Assembly (NCBI RefSeq): GCF_006345805.1 | Contig: NW_021836151.1 | Coordinates: 183,743 to 247,742 of the forward strand | DNA from: Octopus sinensis | Lineage: Eukaryota | Length of the DNA: 64,000 nucleotides | Reading direction: 5' to 3' | Shown here: positions 1 to 10,846 of the stretch, in pieces | Position numbering within the stretch: position 1 is the stretch's first letter | How the letters are laid out: the number at the start of each line of letters is the position of its first letter | The notes under the pieces: generated by a model | The model's database searches: none | What the model was told of the DNA's origin: nothing | Seen by the model: the letters and a program-made list of their open reading frames with translations, nothing else | Program-made: the position numbers and the translations under genes

Positions 1-1438
1 TGAAGCCTTCAAGAATGCTAAATCATCTTAAGATTGTCATCCTGACAAACTTGATGCGGATATCAATTATTTTTCTAATCTGAAATATAATTATGAAAAT
101 CGTCTTATGATTAATCAACTATTTACAAAAATTCGAAGATGCTTGAAAAAGGCCTATTAGCATCATACAAAATATCGCAATTGATAGCGAAATCAGGAAA
201 ACCTCATACTATTGGAGAGTCATTAATATTACCAGCTATCAAAGAAGTGTTAAATTCAATGGTTGATTGTGATTCTGAACAAATAATTTCATCAATTCCT
301 TTGAGTAATAGTTCTGTTTCTTCCAGAATTGATGAAATGGCATTTGATATCGAAGAAACCCTATGTGCATTTTTAAGAACAACAAAATTTTCAATTCAGA
401 TTGATGAATCGACATTCAACGATAGTGTTGCACTTTTATTAGTTTACGTACGTTATATTAATCAAAATGATGTAATTCAAGAAGAATTTTTATTTCTGAA
501 CACCTTGAACTCGATACAAGAGGATTAACAATTTTCAAAACGATGAGCATTATGAACGACTTCTTTTGCATACCCATGTTAGATGGCTTTCAAAAGGAAA
601 CTGTTTGTGTCGATTTTTTGAATTGTATGATTCAATCTTAGAATTTTGTCAGTTACATGAGCAGAGAATTTTTAGGTAATTATGAGCAGAGAATTTTTAC
701 TACAAAAATTTGGGGTTATTTTTTGTAATAATATTTATTAGGTCGAAAAATTAACGGATTCTGACTGTGAATGCTTTTGCTTGCATCTAAAAATGTTAAA
801 AGATGACATGAAAATCCGCTTTGAAGATTTAGAAAATTTAAAATTTTTTGATTGGTATATAAATCCATTTGAAACTGAAAACGTTAATTTATCTCAAGAA
901 ATAACAGAAAATTTATTAAATCTGAAATATGACTTTGAAGCTAAAGTCATTTTCAACAAATATGGATATCAACAATTCTGGGTTACTCATAGAAAAAATA
1001 TCCTTTATTGTGGAATGAAATTGAAACACTTATAATAGCATTTCCTTCAACATATCTAGTTGAAAGAGGATTTAGTGCAGTCTCTAATATTTTGACCAAA
1101 AAAAGAAATAAATTACAAATTGTGAATAGAGGAGATTTGAGACTAAGTCTGTCGACTATTGAAGCTGACATAAAACGATTGACAAATTCCCATCAAGCAC
1201 AAGGCAGTCACTAAAATTTTTTTATATAAAAAAGTTTGGTTTGTGAATACCCTTTTTAATTCTAAAAAAATAATAAGTAATATTCGAAAATATTAAAATG
1301 AAACAATTGGCGAAAAAATTGCCAAATAAATCTATAATTGAAAAAAAATAAATTAAATAATAGGGGGGCGCTGAAATTTTGAAGCTTCGAAATTGTGTCA
1401 AAAGGGGGCGCTGACTTAAAAAAGGTTAAGAACCACTG
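1..1438 (+). mobile_element. hAT (Buster/Charlie-type) DNA transposon, internally deleted, copy 1 (5' end outside the window)
   Basis: Transposase fragments KSGKPHTIGESLILPA, FSIQIDEST, LLHTHVRWLSKG, FPSTYLVERGFS. 3' TIR gttaagaaccactg ends at 1438, followed by gtttagac (nnnTAnnn target pattern). Near-identical to 6732-8171. Confidence 0.95.
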
Positions 1439-1449
1439 GTTTAGACCGA

Positions 1450-2140
1450 TCTCTATCTTCTCCATAATTTCAAAAATCCTCAAAAGATTAATTCTTTAGT
1501 TAATCAAGCACACTCAAATTTTCTGAACGGCGACAGTTTAACCCCTGATCTACATAACACAACAAAAAACTACCCACCCTCAAAAATTTAAGAATTTTGT
1601 GGGTCATCTTTGACTAATGCCTCACCTTTTCTCAAAACATTGACTTCACATGCAGTAAAGTAAAGCGCAAACTAAACGCCCTAAAAGCCATATCGGGCCA
1701 ATTCTATAGTCAAGTAATAGAAAGCCTATTAATTGTATATAAACAATTTGTTCGAACATCCCTGAATCATGCCACCCCATGCTGGTCTTGAAATGTATCC
1801 ATTACGAACTTAAAAAAACTTCAGCGCCTCCAGAAAGCTGGCTTGCATACAGTCACTGGATGTCTTCCATCAACGCCTATCAACCACATCCACTGGGAAT
1901 CCAGGATCCTCCCCGTCTGGCATCACTTGGAAATTTGTGGATTACAATTCCTCAGAGATCCTAGACACCCAACAACATTGTGTTTCCCTGTGAAAAAAAC
2001 GAAAGGCATATCATCTCCACTCTTCGGACCAATTGAGACCACTCTTAAAAATACCTTTTCCGAAAAACAGATCAACCATGTCCAAACAGATAAACAATCA
2101 AATTTCCATTCAGGGCATCAGATCATTCGAACACAATAAA
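1450..2140 (+). pseudogene. Degenerate non-LTR retrotransposon RT C-terminal fragment (Jockey/I-like)
   Basis: Frame TFSQNIDFTCSKVKRKLNALKAISG...YKQFVRTSLNHATPCWS is typical of the post-RT region of APE-type LINEs. Contains stops and frameshifts. Confidence 0.7.
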
Positions 2141-2723
2141 CTACTAGACTTTGTATATCGATGGATCCGAATCATTTCTAAACAGGAAAATCCATATACA
2201 CAGGAGTCCGCTCAGTCCACCATCCCCTCTTCCAAGACCACATCACTCCGTGCATCCAAATGTCTTTTCTTATGCCCTGGGCTACCTCAATCGTCTCCCA
2301 TCACGGGCTAATTTTTAAAAATCCGTTTTTGAGTTCAGAAACTGATTTCTAGTAATGACAACAGAATTATGCAAGTGATTGAAGTTAAACTTTAAACTTA
2401 TATCACTCAAAAACTTATTAAAGCATTTGATGTCTTGTGATTGGAGTTAAACTTTCAAAAATGCTAACTAAAAACATATAAATTTCCAAAAAGGACATTT
2501 TTACAACGGGAAAATATTTTTGGAGGCCTCTTTGGCAGCTGGTTATTTCAGATGAACTTTTTGCCATTCTCCAAGGAAATTGTTTTCAATTTGTTCGCTG
2601 GCCTGTCTAAATTAGTTCTAATTATCTGTCTATTATTTTTATTACTTTTTCACAGTTTTTTTTTCGGCAAAAGATATTTATTTATTGGAACGAGAGAATT
2701 GATCAAGCTTTACATAGATAAAA

Positions 2724-2809
2724 CGCCCATTAACTGGAATCGAACCACTCCGGTGTCAACCGGCCACGGGTTTGAAGCCCGTACCTTGGACACCAAGGAT
2801 CAGCTAGGC
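2724..2809 (-). tRNA. trnU-TCA: tRNA-Sec (anticodon TCA at 2773-2775)
   Basis: Minus strand GCCTAGCTG AT CCTTGG TGT CCAAGG TACGGG CTTCAAA CCCGTG G CCGGT TGAC ACCGG A GTGG TTCGATT CCAG TTAATGGGC G. Aligns position by position with eukaryotic tRNA-Sec: 6-bp D stem, 6-bp anticodon stem, long variable arm, 9/4 acceptor/T layout. Followed by TTTT. Confidence 0.9.
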
Positions 2810-2821
2810 GTAAATAGTTGC

Positions 2822-3390
2822 AGAAAAAGAAAAATATTTATTTAAAAAGAGCTGTTAATAGAGAGTAGATAAAGACCTTTGCATTCCTACCTTTTCAATC
2901 CCGCACACACGCTCACCTCTCAGCCTTAAACTGACTTACCTCCTGACCTGCCACCCAGATATTATCTTCTCTAGGACCTCAGGGAGGCCTTTGAGGGACA
3001 ATTCCTGAGTATCCTTGAGCTTCTCTCGCAATCCAAAATCATGGGCTAACCGGATGGCTCGTCTTCTAGCTTTCTTGAGCGCATCAACGTACTTCTCCCT
3101 GTCCTTGCAGAAGTTCCAGGCATGTAAGCCATAGGTCAAGACGTCAATGTCGGCCAATTGTCATCTCCAGGAGTTGAGCAAACGTAGAATGGAGTTGACG
3201 GTCTATTCTCAATCACTGCTTGACAAACCCGATCAATAACTCGTCTATGGGGTCCTGTACATAAAATGTATTTTCGCGGAGATATCCTTTGTGCGTGAGT
3301 CCGAGCTCCAATGCCCTGTCCTCTGGCATGAGGAGACAAGTTGAGGTCTTGTCGGCGAAAAAAAAAGAGTTGGCGAAAACATGTTTGCAT
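2822..3390 (-). mobile_element. 5'-truncated non-LTR retrotransposon 3' end (ORF C-terminus plus 3' UTR)
   Basis: YGLHAW...LKKARRRAIRLA resembles the LINE post-RT motif. The 3' UTR (about 2822-2947) recurs at 8305-8432 with high identity. Confidence 0.65.
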
Positions 3391-3795
3391 GCATTGAATT
3401 GAATATTATGCTCTCAATGAAAGAATTGTTTGAAAAATAGTTAGAACGTTACGGTTTACATTTGTCAACCGAAAGCATACGTAAACATATACATAAATGA
3501 ATGAATTAGTATTTATTCGAAAAGGAAAAACGAAAAGGAGAGAGGAAATTAATAAGACAACGAATGCCTCTTCTACATTGTTTCCCTCTTCTTTTTTGTT
3601 TAATTACAGATTCGAGAGGCAAATGCTTTCACAAGAACATTTCCAATTTTTTCTGTCGTGTCTTCTATCTCCTGAGTGATAGCTTGGTCCAGCTGGAGCG
3701 TATTTGCCAATTTGATGGAATTTCGTCTTGTCTTTTCGAGCTTAACGATAATGCGATCCCTCTCAGCCAATTCTTCGATTGCCTCAAATACTACT

Positions 3796-4104
3796 AAGCT
3801 CAATCCAATTGAAAATGCATGGTCAATTTTAAAGGCAGGAAAAAAGATTTATCAACTCGTTGCCCATACATTTTAAGAATATAATCAAATGGACTTAACG
3901 GAAAAAGAATATCGCTTACAGTGTCTTGAGAGGATTATTGAAAAAAACATTGGACTAATAACTGTTCAAAGATGTTTTGCATTTATAGCAAACATACAGC
4001 GCGAACTTACAGGTGAAATTCAAATACAGAACGTCCAATTTAAAAAAACGCTCATCTTTCCTTTTTTCTCTAATTTTATACGTTTTCGATTAGTTAAATC
4101 GTAA
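3796..4104 (+). pseudogene. Tc1/IS630-like transposase C-terminal relic
   Basis: KLNPIENAWSILK matches the (D/E)LNPIExxW catalytic-Glu motif. An in-frame stop follows. Confidence 0.55.
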
Positions 4105-4909
4105 ATTATAAAATTGAAGTTGCCAATTATAAAATTGAGTTTGCAAATTATAAAATTAAAGTTTTTTAGGATAGTGTTAATAATGCCTAGATTCTGCAAT
4201 TAATTCCAATTGTAAATGTTTCACATCATAAATTGAAAGAATTTTGTTCTAATACATTCAACAAGAAAAGAAGAGATGTAACTAAAAGTTATTTTACTCG
4301 ACAAAATTATATTTACTGGCGAATGTTTAATGTCATTTTGTGATCAGCAGGGATAAATTCATATTTCTTTTTATAATAAAATCGACAATTTCTTAGACGC
4401 AAATATATAGAAGAAAAACCAGGAAGAAGGCCTTGCCACGTATATAACTCCAATCTGATCTCCGTCCATCACTTGTTCTACTGTCCTGGACCACCGGCAT
4501 TGTCGCAACAACACGCAGCACTTTGGAGTCTCTGGAAGCAATCAGCCCACGTTGTGCATCGCTTAATAGCCGCGGATTTCCTGCATATCTAGGAGATCGG
4601 GGCTACTAACTAACAAACAATTTCTTAATAATCCGTGGTTTACTATAATCTGTAGTAAAAAGTTTTTTAGTCCAAAATAGTTTTTCAGAAATATTTTTAA
4701 TCATAATACAACACTTCTGCAAAGACAGAGACACGTATGTACCTGAATCTTCACTTGTGCCTCCCACACAGTTTTCAAAATCAAAAGAGAACAAGAAAAT
4801 AAGATATTTAATTAATTTCGAGGTAAAAAAGTCGATTAGCTACTCTTGTCTTATAATTTCTTTTAATTGTAGTGCGGTTGATTAAACGGTAGGAAGCTCG
4901 ACAGACCAT

Positions 4910-5185
4910 TTGGAGATGTTTTATCCGGAGTCTGTATGTGATGAGATATCCATGACGTCGTTACGCGTAAAACTCGAACGGAGTTTAAAGCAGAGGCAAC
5001 CGGTGGGATTCGAACCCGAAACCATGTACCCACCCGAAGATCGTCAAATGACTCTTTTTGCAAAGGCAACGACGGAGGAAGCTTCTCTGAATGAGACCAT
5101 AGAATCAGACTCGAGAACAACCACAAAAGTTACCTGCGCAGTAAAATGGATAAGTGTATCCGTCGAAGACATTGACCCGGACTAG
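4910..5185 (+). CDS. Intronless 91-aa ORF of unknown origin (possibly TE-derived)
   Basis: GC-richer open frame inside the TE block. No recognisable domain. Confidence 0.25.
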   Translation: MEMFYPESVCDEISMTSLRVKLERSLKQRQPVGFEPETMYPPEDRQMTLFAKATTEEASLNETIESDSRTTTKVTCAVKWISVSVEDIDPD

Positions 5186-5598
5186 AAAAAAAGGAGGATC
5201 GACTGAAAGCAGAGGCATTGATTAAAAACTAATTTTATGTGGATTTTTCAATTTTGTTTATATATTTAAATTTTGAACCAAAGAATTAGTAAACAAGTGG
5301 TTTTTTTCTGCTGTCATTGAACAGGAATCATTTTTAAAAACCAAATTCTTTACATTTTTTAAATATTTATTCAAATTTGTTGAATTCCTTAAAAGAGCTG
5401 AAATCTGATAATAAGTAAAGAATTGCCCAGTTAAATCACAGAATAAGATATAGACGCACAAAACAATTACTGTCAATTTTTTTTAACATGAACCCATTAA
5501 AACAAGCCAAAATAGTCTTTTGGTAATTTTCAGGAATGAAAATCTAATTAACTGCTCCAAATAGAATAATATAAACTTGAATTGCCGAACTTTTTTTA

Positions 5599-8239
5599 AT
5601 GTTTCTCACTTTTTTGATAATTCACCAGGCTCTCTCCACACAGAGATATGATTACAGGAATGCATTGTTTTGATATTCGTTTAATATTTTAGGGTGAATT
5701 AACCCGTTGGTTTATACATTTCGTTCTTCGTATTAGTCTAGATACAATTGATAGGAATATTTCTATCGATTGTGGGGTAGGTTACCTTCCTATAACTAAT
5801 TGTAGAAAAAAATACATAATTTGATTCATGCAGGAGGCTCTGATATTGGTAAGTTTATTAATTTTCATATCTAGAGCCAAATATCAATGGTTTCTATCCT
5901 CTAGTATGTTATTACATTTTTAAATTGCTAGGAAGTGGCCCTAGAATACTGCATTAACTGCTTATATGGTAATATCACAGAGAAAGGTTACGAATTAATT
6001 AAATTTCAAGGATCCTCTGCCACACCATATGAAAAATACTTCCTTAAATTAAAGGTAATCAAAAGCATATTTATAACAGGATGGTTATTATAACGGAACT
6101 TCAAATCATTGTCCGAAGAAGATTGTGATGAATAATTTTACCACCTCTTTTTTGGAGACTTATATTCAACAAATAATAAATATGACAGTAAGATCTTAAC
6201 AATATTGCAGAACTTCGTAAAAAACCATCAATTATATAATGAAGAATCGGACAACGCTTATATGCAAATATTAGTTTAGTTTTGTTTTTTTAATATTATA
6301 GGAATCAGTACATATGAAAGTATACGACCTGATATATCAGTGATTCTTAACGGGGGCGCTGGCGCCCCCTGGGGGCGCTGGAACATATTAGGGGGGCGCT
6401 GGAATTTTAATTTTTTTTAATTATTATAAATATTTTATTAGTTTTTGTAAATCATTATCACGTGCTTTTCTATTAATTCTAAATTCAAATTGTCTTGTGT
6501 GTACGTAAAAAAAATTATTCACTGATAATATTTATAAATATTTGTTAATTGTATTTAATATTTTAGAACTTTTTAATAAATATTTTAATTATATTTTATA
6601 GATGTCTGATAAAAAAGTAAAACGACGTATATATTCGGATGAATACCTAAAGTTTGGAGTGATACCCTACGACCATAACAATTCACTTCCAATGTGTCTT
6701 ATGTGTAAAAAGGTCTTTACAAATGAAGGAATGAAGCCTTCAAGAATGCTAAATCATCTTAAGATTTGTCATCCTGACAAACTTGATGCGGATATCAATT
6801 ATTTTTCTAATCTGAAATATAATTATGAAAATCGTTCTTATGATTAATCAACTATTTACAAAAAATTCGAAGATGCTTGAAAAAGGCCTATTAGCATCAT
6901 ACAAATATCGCAATTGATAGCGAAATCAGGAAAACCTCATACTATTGGAGAGTCATTAATATTACCAGCTATCAAAGAAGTGTTAAATTCAATGGTTGAT
7001 TGTGATTCTGAACAAATAATTTCATCAATTCCTTTGAGTAATAGTTCTGTTTCTTCCAGAATTGATGAAATGGCATTTGATATCGAAGAAACCCTATGTG
7101 CATTTTTAAGAACAACAAAATTTTCAATTCAGATTGATGAATCGACATTCAACGATAGTGTTGCACTTTTATTAGTTTACGTACGTTATATTAATCAAAA
7201 TGATGTAATTCAAGAAGAATTTTTATTTTCTGAACACCTTGAACTCGATACAAGAGGATTAACAATTTTCAAAACGATGAGCATTATGAACGACTTCTTT
7301 TGCATACCCATGTTAGATGGCTTTCAAAAGGAAACTGTTTGTGTCGATTTTTTGAATTGTATGATTCAATCTTAGAATTTTGTCAGTTACATGAGCAGAG
7401 AATTTTTAGGTAATTATGAGCAGAGAATTTTACTACAAAAATTTGGGGTTATTTTTGTAATAATATTTATTAGGTCGAAAAATTAACGGATTCTGACTGT
7501 GAATGCTTTTGCTTGCATCTAAAAATGTTAAAAGATGACATGAAAATCCGCTTTGAAGATTTAGAAAATTTAAAATTTTTTGATTGGTATATAAATCCAT
7601 TTGAAACTGAAAACGTTAATTTATCTCAAGAAATAACAGAAAATTTATTAAATCTGAAATATGACTTTGAAGCTAAAGTCATTTTCAACAAATATGGATA
7701 TCAACAATTCTGGGTTACTCATAGAAAAAAATATCCTTTATTGTGGAATGAAATTGAAACACTTATAATAGCATTTCCTTCAACATATCTAGTTGAAAGA
7801 GGATTTAGTGCAGTCTCTAATATTTTGACCAAAAAAAGAAATAAATTACAAATTGTGAATAGAGGAGATTTGAGACTAAGTCTGTCGACTATTGAAGCTG
7901 ACATAAAACGATTGACAAATTCCCATCAAGCACAAGGCAGTCACTAAAATTTTTTTATATAAAAAAGTTTGGTTTGTGAATACCCTTTTTAATTCTAAAA
8001 AAATAATAAGTAATATTCGAAAATATTAAAATGAAACAATTGGCGAAAAAATTGCCAAATAAATCTATAATTGAAAAAAAATAAATTAAATAATAGGGGG
8101 GCGCTGAAATTTTGAAGCTTCGAAATTGTGTCAAAAGGGGGCGCTGACTTAAAAAAGGTTAAGAACCACTGTGATATATGCTTTAATAGATTTTTTGAGA
8201 TCACGCGGATACATTCTTTGGCCACACAGCCGTAATTAA
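5599..8239 (+). CDS. Orphan putative secreted glycoprotein (about 195 aa, 8 micro-introns) with the last exon interrupted by hAT copy 2
   Basis: Removing seven 23-29 nt GT-AG introns (plus one less certain first intron) gives a continuous frame MFLTFLIIHQALS...HAGGSDIEPNINGFYPLEVALEYCINCLY...KVYDLIY. Removing the TE and one TSD continues it as ALIDFLRSRGYILWPHSRN*. Confidence 0.7.
6338..8171 (+). mobile_element. Complete non-autonomous hAT (Buster-type) element, 1834 bp, copy 2
   Basis: TIRs cagtgattcttaac / gttaagaaccactg. Perfect 8-bp TSD TGATATAT (6330-6337, 8172-8179). Subterminal GGGGGCGC repeats. BED-finger N-terminus from ATG 6602. Internal deletion removes the region between the first catalytic Asp and the RW motif. 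Confidence 0.97.
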
Positions 8240-8304
8240 ATCGATAATTACTATAATCTGTTAATAAATTTTTTGGTGCAAAACAGTATTTAAAAGTAGT
8301 CCAC

Positions 8305-8432
8305 GAAAGAAGAAAAATATTTTTTTTAATAGAGGCTGTTAGTAGAGGGTAGATAAAGACATCTGCATTCCTGCCTTTTCAGTCCCGCACACACGCTCGC
8401 CTCTCAGCCACAATATGACTTACCGCCTGACT
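8305..8432 (-). repeat. Second copy of the retroelement 3' end seen at 2822-2947
   Basis: Direct alignment of the agataaagac...cccgcacacacgctc.cctctcagcc...tgacttacc.cctgac segment. Confidence 0.85.
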
Positions 8433-8469
8433 TCAGCAAGAAAGCTTGACTTCAGCAAGGAACTTATAT

Positions 8470-8942
8470 CTAAACAACATGGAAATCCCCTTTAAAAAAT
8501 CCCAGAAAATCCTCGGCGTAATTACGATTGTCATATGTGTTTCTCCCAACAAGTTGAAAATGTTACTACTAGCTGCATAAAGCAACTGAACATCTTAAAA
8601 GTGTTTCTCCGAAAATACAAACAATGGATCAGCTTCCCCACACGCCAATCAATATACCGGCAATACATGGAACCCTCCATTAGTAATGCTCGTGGGGCGT
8701 GGGGAGGGTTTGTCAGTGAAACGAACCGCGTAAAAATCGAAAAAACTCAAGAAAGTTTTCGGAAAGCACAAAGACTGAATAAACATTTATTTATCGCCCC
8801 ATTTAAAGAAATCTTGAAAAGAAACCTCCGGTCTACAGGCCCTAAAACTCCACCACCTCGCCTTCACAGAAATTGTGTCGGGACTAGGGAGGAGCACCGG
8901 GCAAAGATGAGGACCCTCCTCAGAGAAGCCGGGATCACCTGA
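8470..8942 (+). pseudogene. Non-LTR retrotransposon RT C-terminal fragment
   Basis: EIPFKKSQKILGV...FSQQVENVTTSCIKQLNILK matches the LINE RT thumb/post-RT pattern. Confidence 0.7.
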
Positions 8943-8959
8943 TTAATTAGTTTTATGTT

Positions 8960-9388
8960 TTGGACGGTGATCTTGGTTCTAATAATAATAAGTGTAAAAT
9001 GGCGAAAGAATTGCCCATTTTTAGTAAAACTGCATTGAAATCAATACTTCCATTCCAAACTACTTATTACTGTGAAATGGCCATGTCATGTCTGACTTTT
9101 GCTAAAACAAAATATATAGAAATAGACTACGGGTACAAAATGATATGCAAGTAGCTAAGTCGAAAATACAGCTTGACTAAAGTAAAATTATTCTTAACAA
9201 ACAAGATTGGAAATCTCACTGAATTACTGTTAAATTGTCTGTTATTTGGAGAACTTTCATGTTATTTTTATATAATAAATTGTCGAACATGTTTAAACCA
9301 GCCCCCGACGATGCCAGAAATTGTAGGCTAGTAGCAAAAATTATTTTATTTAAAGTGGTCCCCAGTCTAAAAAAGGTTGAAAACCGCT
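8960..9388 (+). mobile_element. Degenerate hAT 3' fragment (dimerisation domain plus TIR relic)
   Basis: ILPFQTTYYCEMAMSCLTFAKTKY, with terminal aaaaaaggttgaaaaccgct. Confidence 0.75.
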
Positions 9389-9499
9389 AAAACATAATAT
9401 ACTAATAATGATTTACAGAGAATTTTGACCTACAAATAAGTTGATCAACAGCTTTTCTTCAAAAAGGAGCAATTAGTTGCTTATTTGTAAAATTGCATA

Positions 9500-10060
9500 A
9501 TAAATTCAATCTCAGATTGAACATGTTAATACAAATTTACTGAAAATTAATAAATTTTTCAACTCTCTTTTGTAGAAAATCTATTTTGTTTTGTTCCATA
9601 TTTAGTTTTTGATTGTTTACTTTAATATTTTTGGCCTTCAGAACCTTCACGGTCTCCAGTTTAAATTTGGCAGCATTTTTTTCATATCTTTGAATCGCCT
9701 GTTTCATTTTGTAGTCGATTTGAGAAACTTCCAAAGACTTTTTCCTTTTTAAAATCATATTTTTAGAGTCAAGTGACTTTTGACTTGGAAACTGTAATCT
9801 ATTTAGTTGTAATTACTTTACTACCTAACAGTATTGTTCATGTCTCGTATATATTCTAATAAGCCGCATAAATACTAATTAATTATAAACCCATTTCCAT
9901 GTGGAAAAAACGCTATAACTAAATCAGGAAAAATGATAAAATTCCAAATGATTAAATAATCACTTAATTGTTCATTTAAGTACAAAAACACAAAAAAGTG
10001 TCCTATTCTCGTCTGGCAACCCCTTTGTACTACTCTTAAAATAAAAGCGACAAAACTCAC
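9500..10060 (-). CDS. Hypothetical coiled-coil protein, spliced; ends uncertain
   Basis: Lys/Glu/Gln-rich exon 9537-9758 flanked by micro-intron-like GT..AG segments. Divergent from CIAO2B. Confidence 0.3.
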
Positions 10061-10186
10061 GTGTTTCTACAATCAAGCCTACAATTTATCAGTTAGGTTA
10101 CCCAACTAATATTAAATTAAAAAATAAATCACAAAGACAGTAAATTAAAATTTATTATTAAAACTAAATAAAATTTTTAAATTACA

Positions 10187-10738
10187 ATGCAGCATGGTGA
10201 CACATTTGTATCTCATGTTGGTGCAGACAACGAAAACCCAGTTATATACGACAAAGTAGGGCAACGTCAGTCAAATGAGACAGATTACGACGACTCGGTC
10301 CCCGACCCTTTCGACTCCCGAGAAATATTCGGTAGTCAATAATAAACCAGCAAAGACCTGATTCGAAATATCCGTGACCCTGAACATCCCCTCACACTCG
10401 AACAACTCAACGTGGTCAGTATTGGCGGGATAAATGTGTTCAAATCGATTGTTTCTGTTTTCTTTACTCCGACCGTCCCACACTGTTCCATGGCCACTAT
10501 GATTGGCCTTTGCCTGATTTGGAGACTTCGGACTTTTCTTCCACCTCGATTTAGTGTTGATGAGTTGCCATTACTCCCAGATTAATGTGCAGATTGTGGA
10601 GGGGACTCACACATCTGCGGACGAGAGTATTCTCTGTTGGTTATTCTAGTCAATAAACAACTTTTGGACAAGGAAAGGACATTTGCAGCCTTTGATAACC
10701 CACATTTGCTTAACTTTGTTCAGGACTGTAGTCTATAG
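10187..10738 (+). CDS. CIAO2B: Cytosolic Fe-S assembly component 2B (MIP18/FAM96B)
   Basis: After removing 3 micro-introns: ENPVIY...[25 protein letters not shown]...[15 protein letters not shown]...NKQLLDKER. Confidence 0.95.
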
Positions 10739-10846
10739 TCTCTTTGTCTCCACTAGACTTGATTAATTTAAATATTAATTTAAATATTAATTAATATTAA
10801 TTAAAAATTAAATATTTTATTTTTATAAAACGTGTTAAAGTTTTTG

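Noticed and set aside
4995-5075. tRNA-like GGGTTCGAATCCC on the minus strand (5006-5016)
   Set aside because: T stem has only 3 pairs, there is no complementary acceptor strand (the flanking aggcaac is a direct repeat), and no D or anticodon arm.
5662-5692. Possible GC-AG first intron in the secreted-protein gene
   Set aside because: One extra T in the preceding TT run would give an ordinary 26-nt GT-AG intron from 5667, matching the common error type.
1-8171. hAT duplicate as an assembly artefact
   Set aside because: The copies have different 3' flanks and copy 2 has its own perfect TSD inside a host exon.
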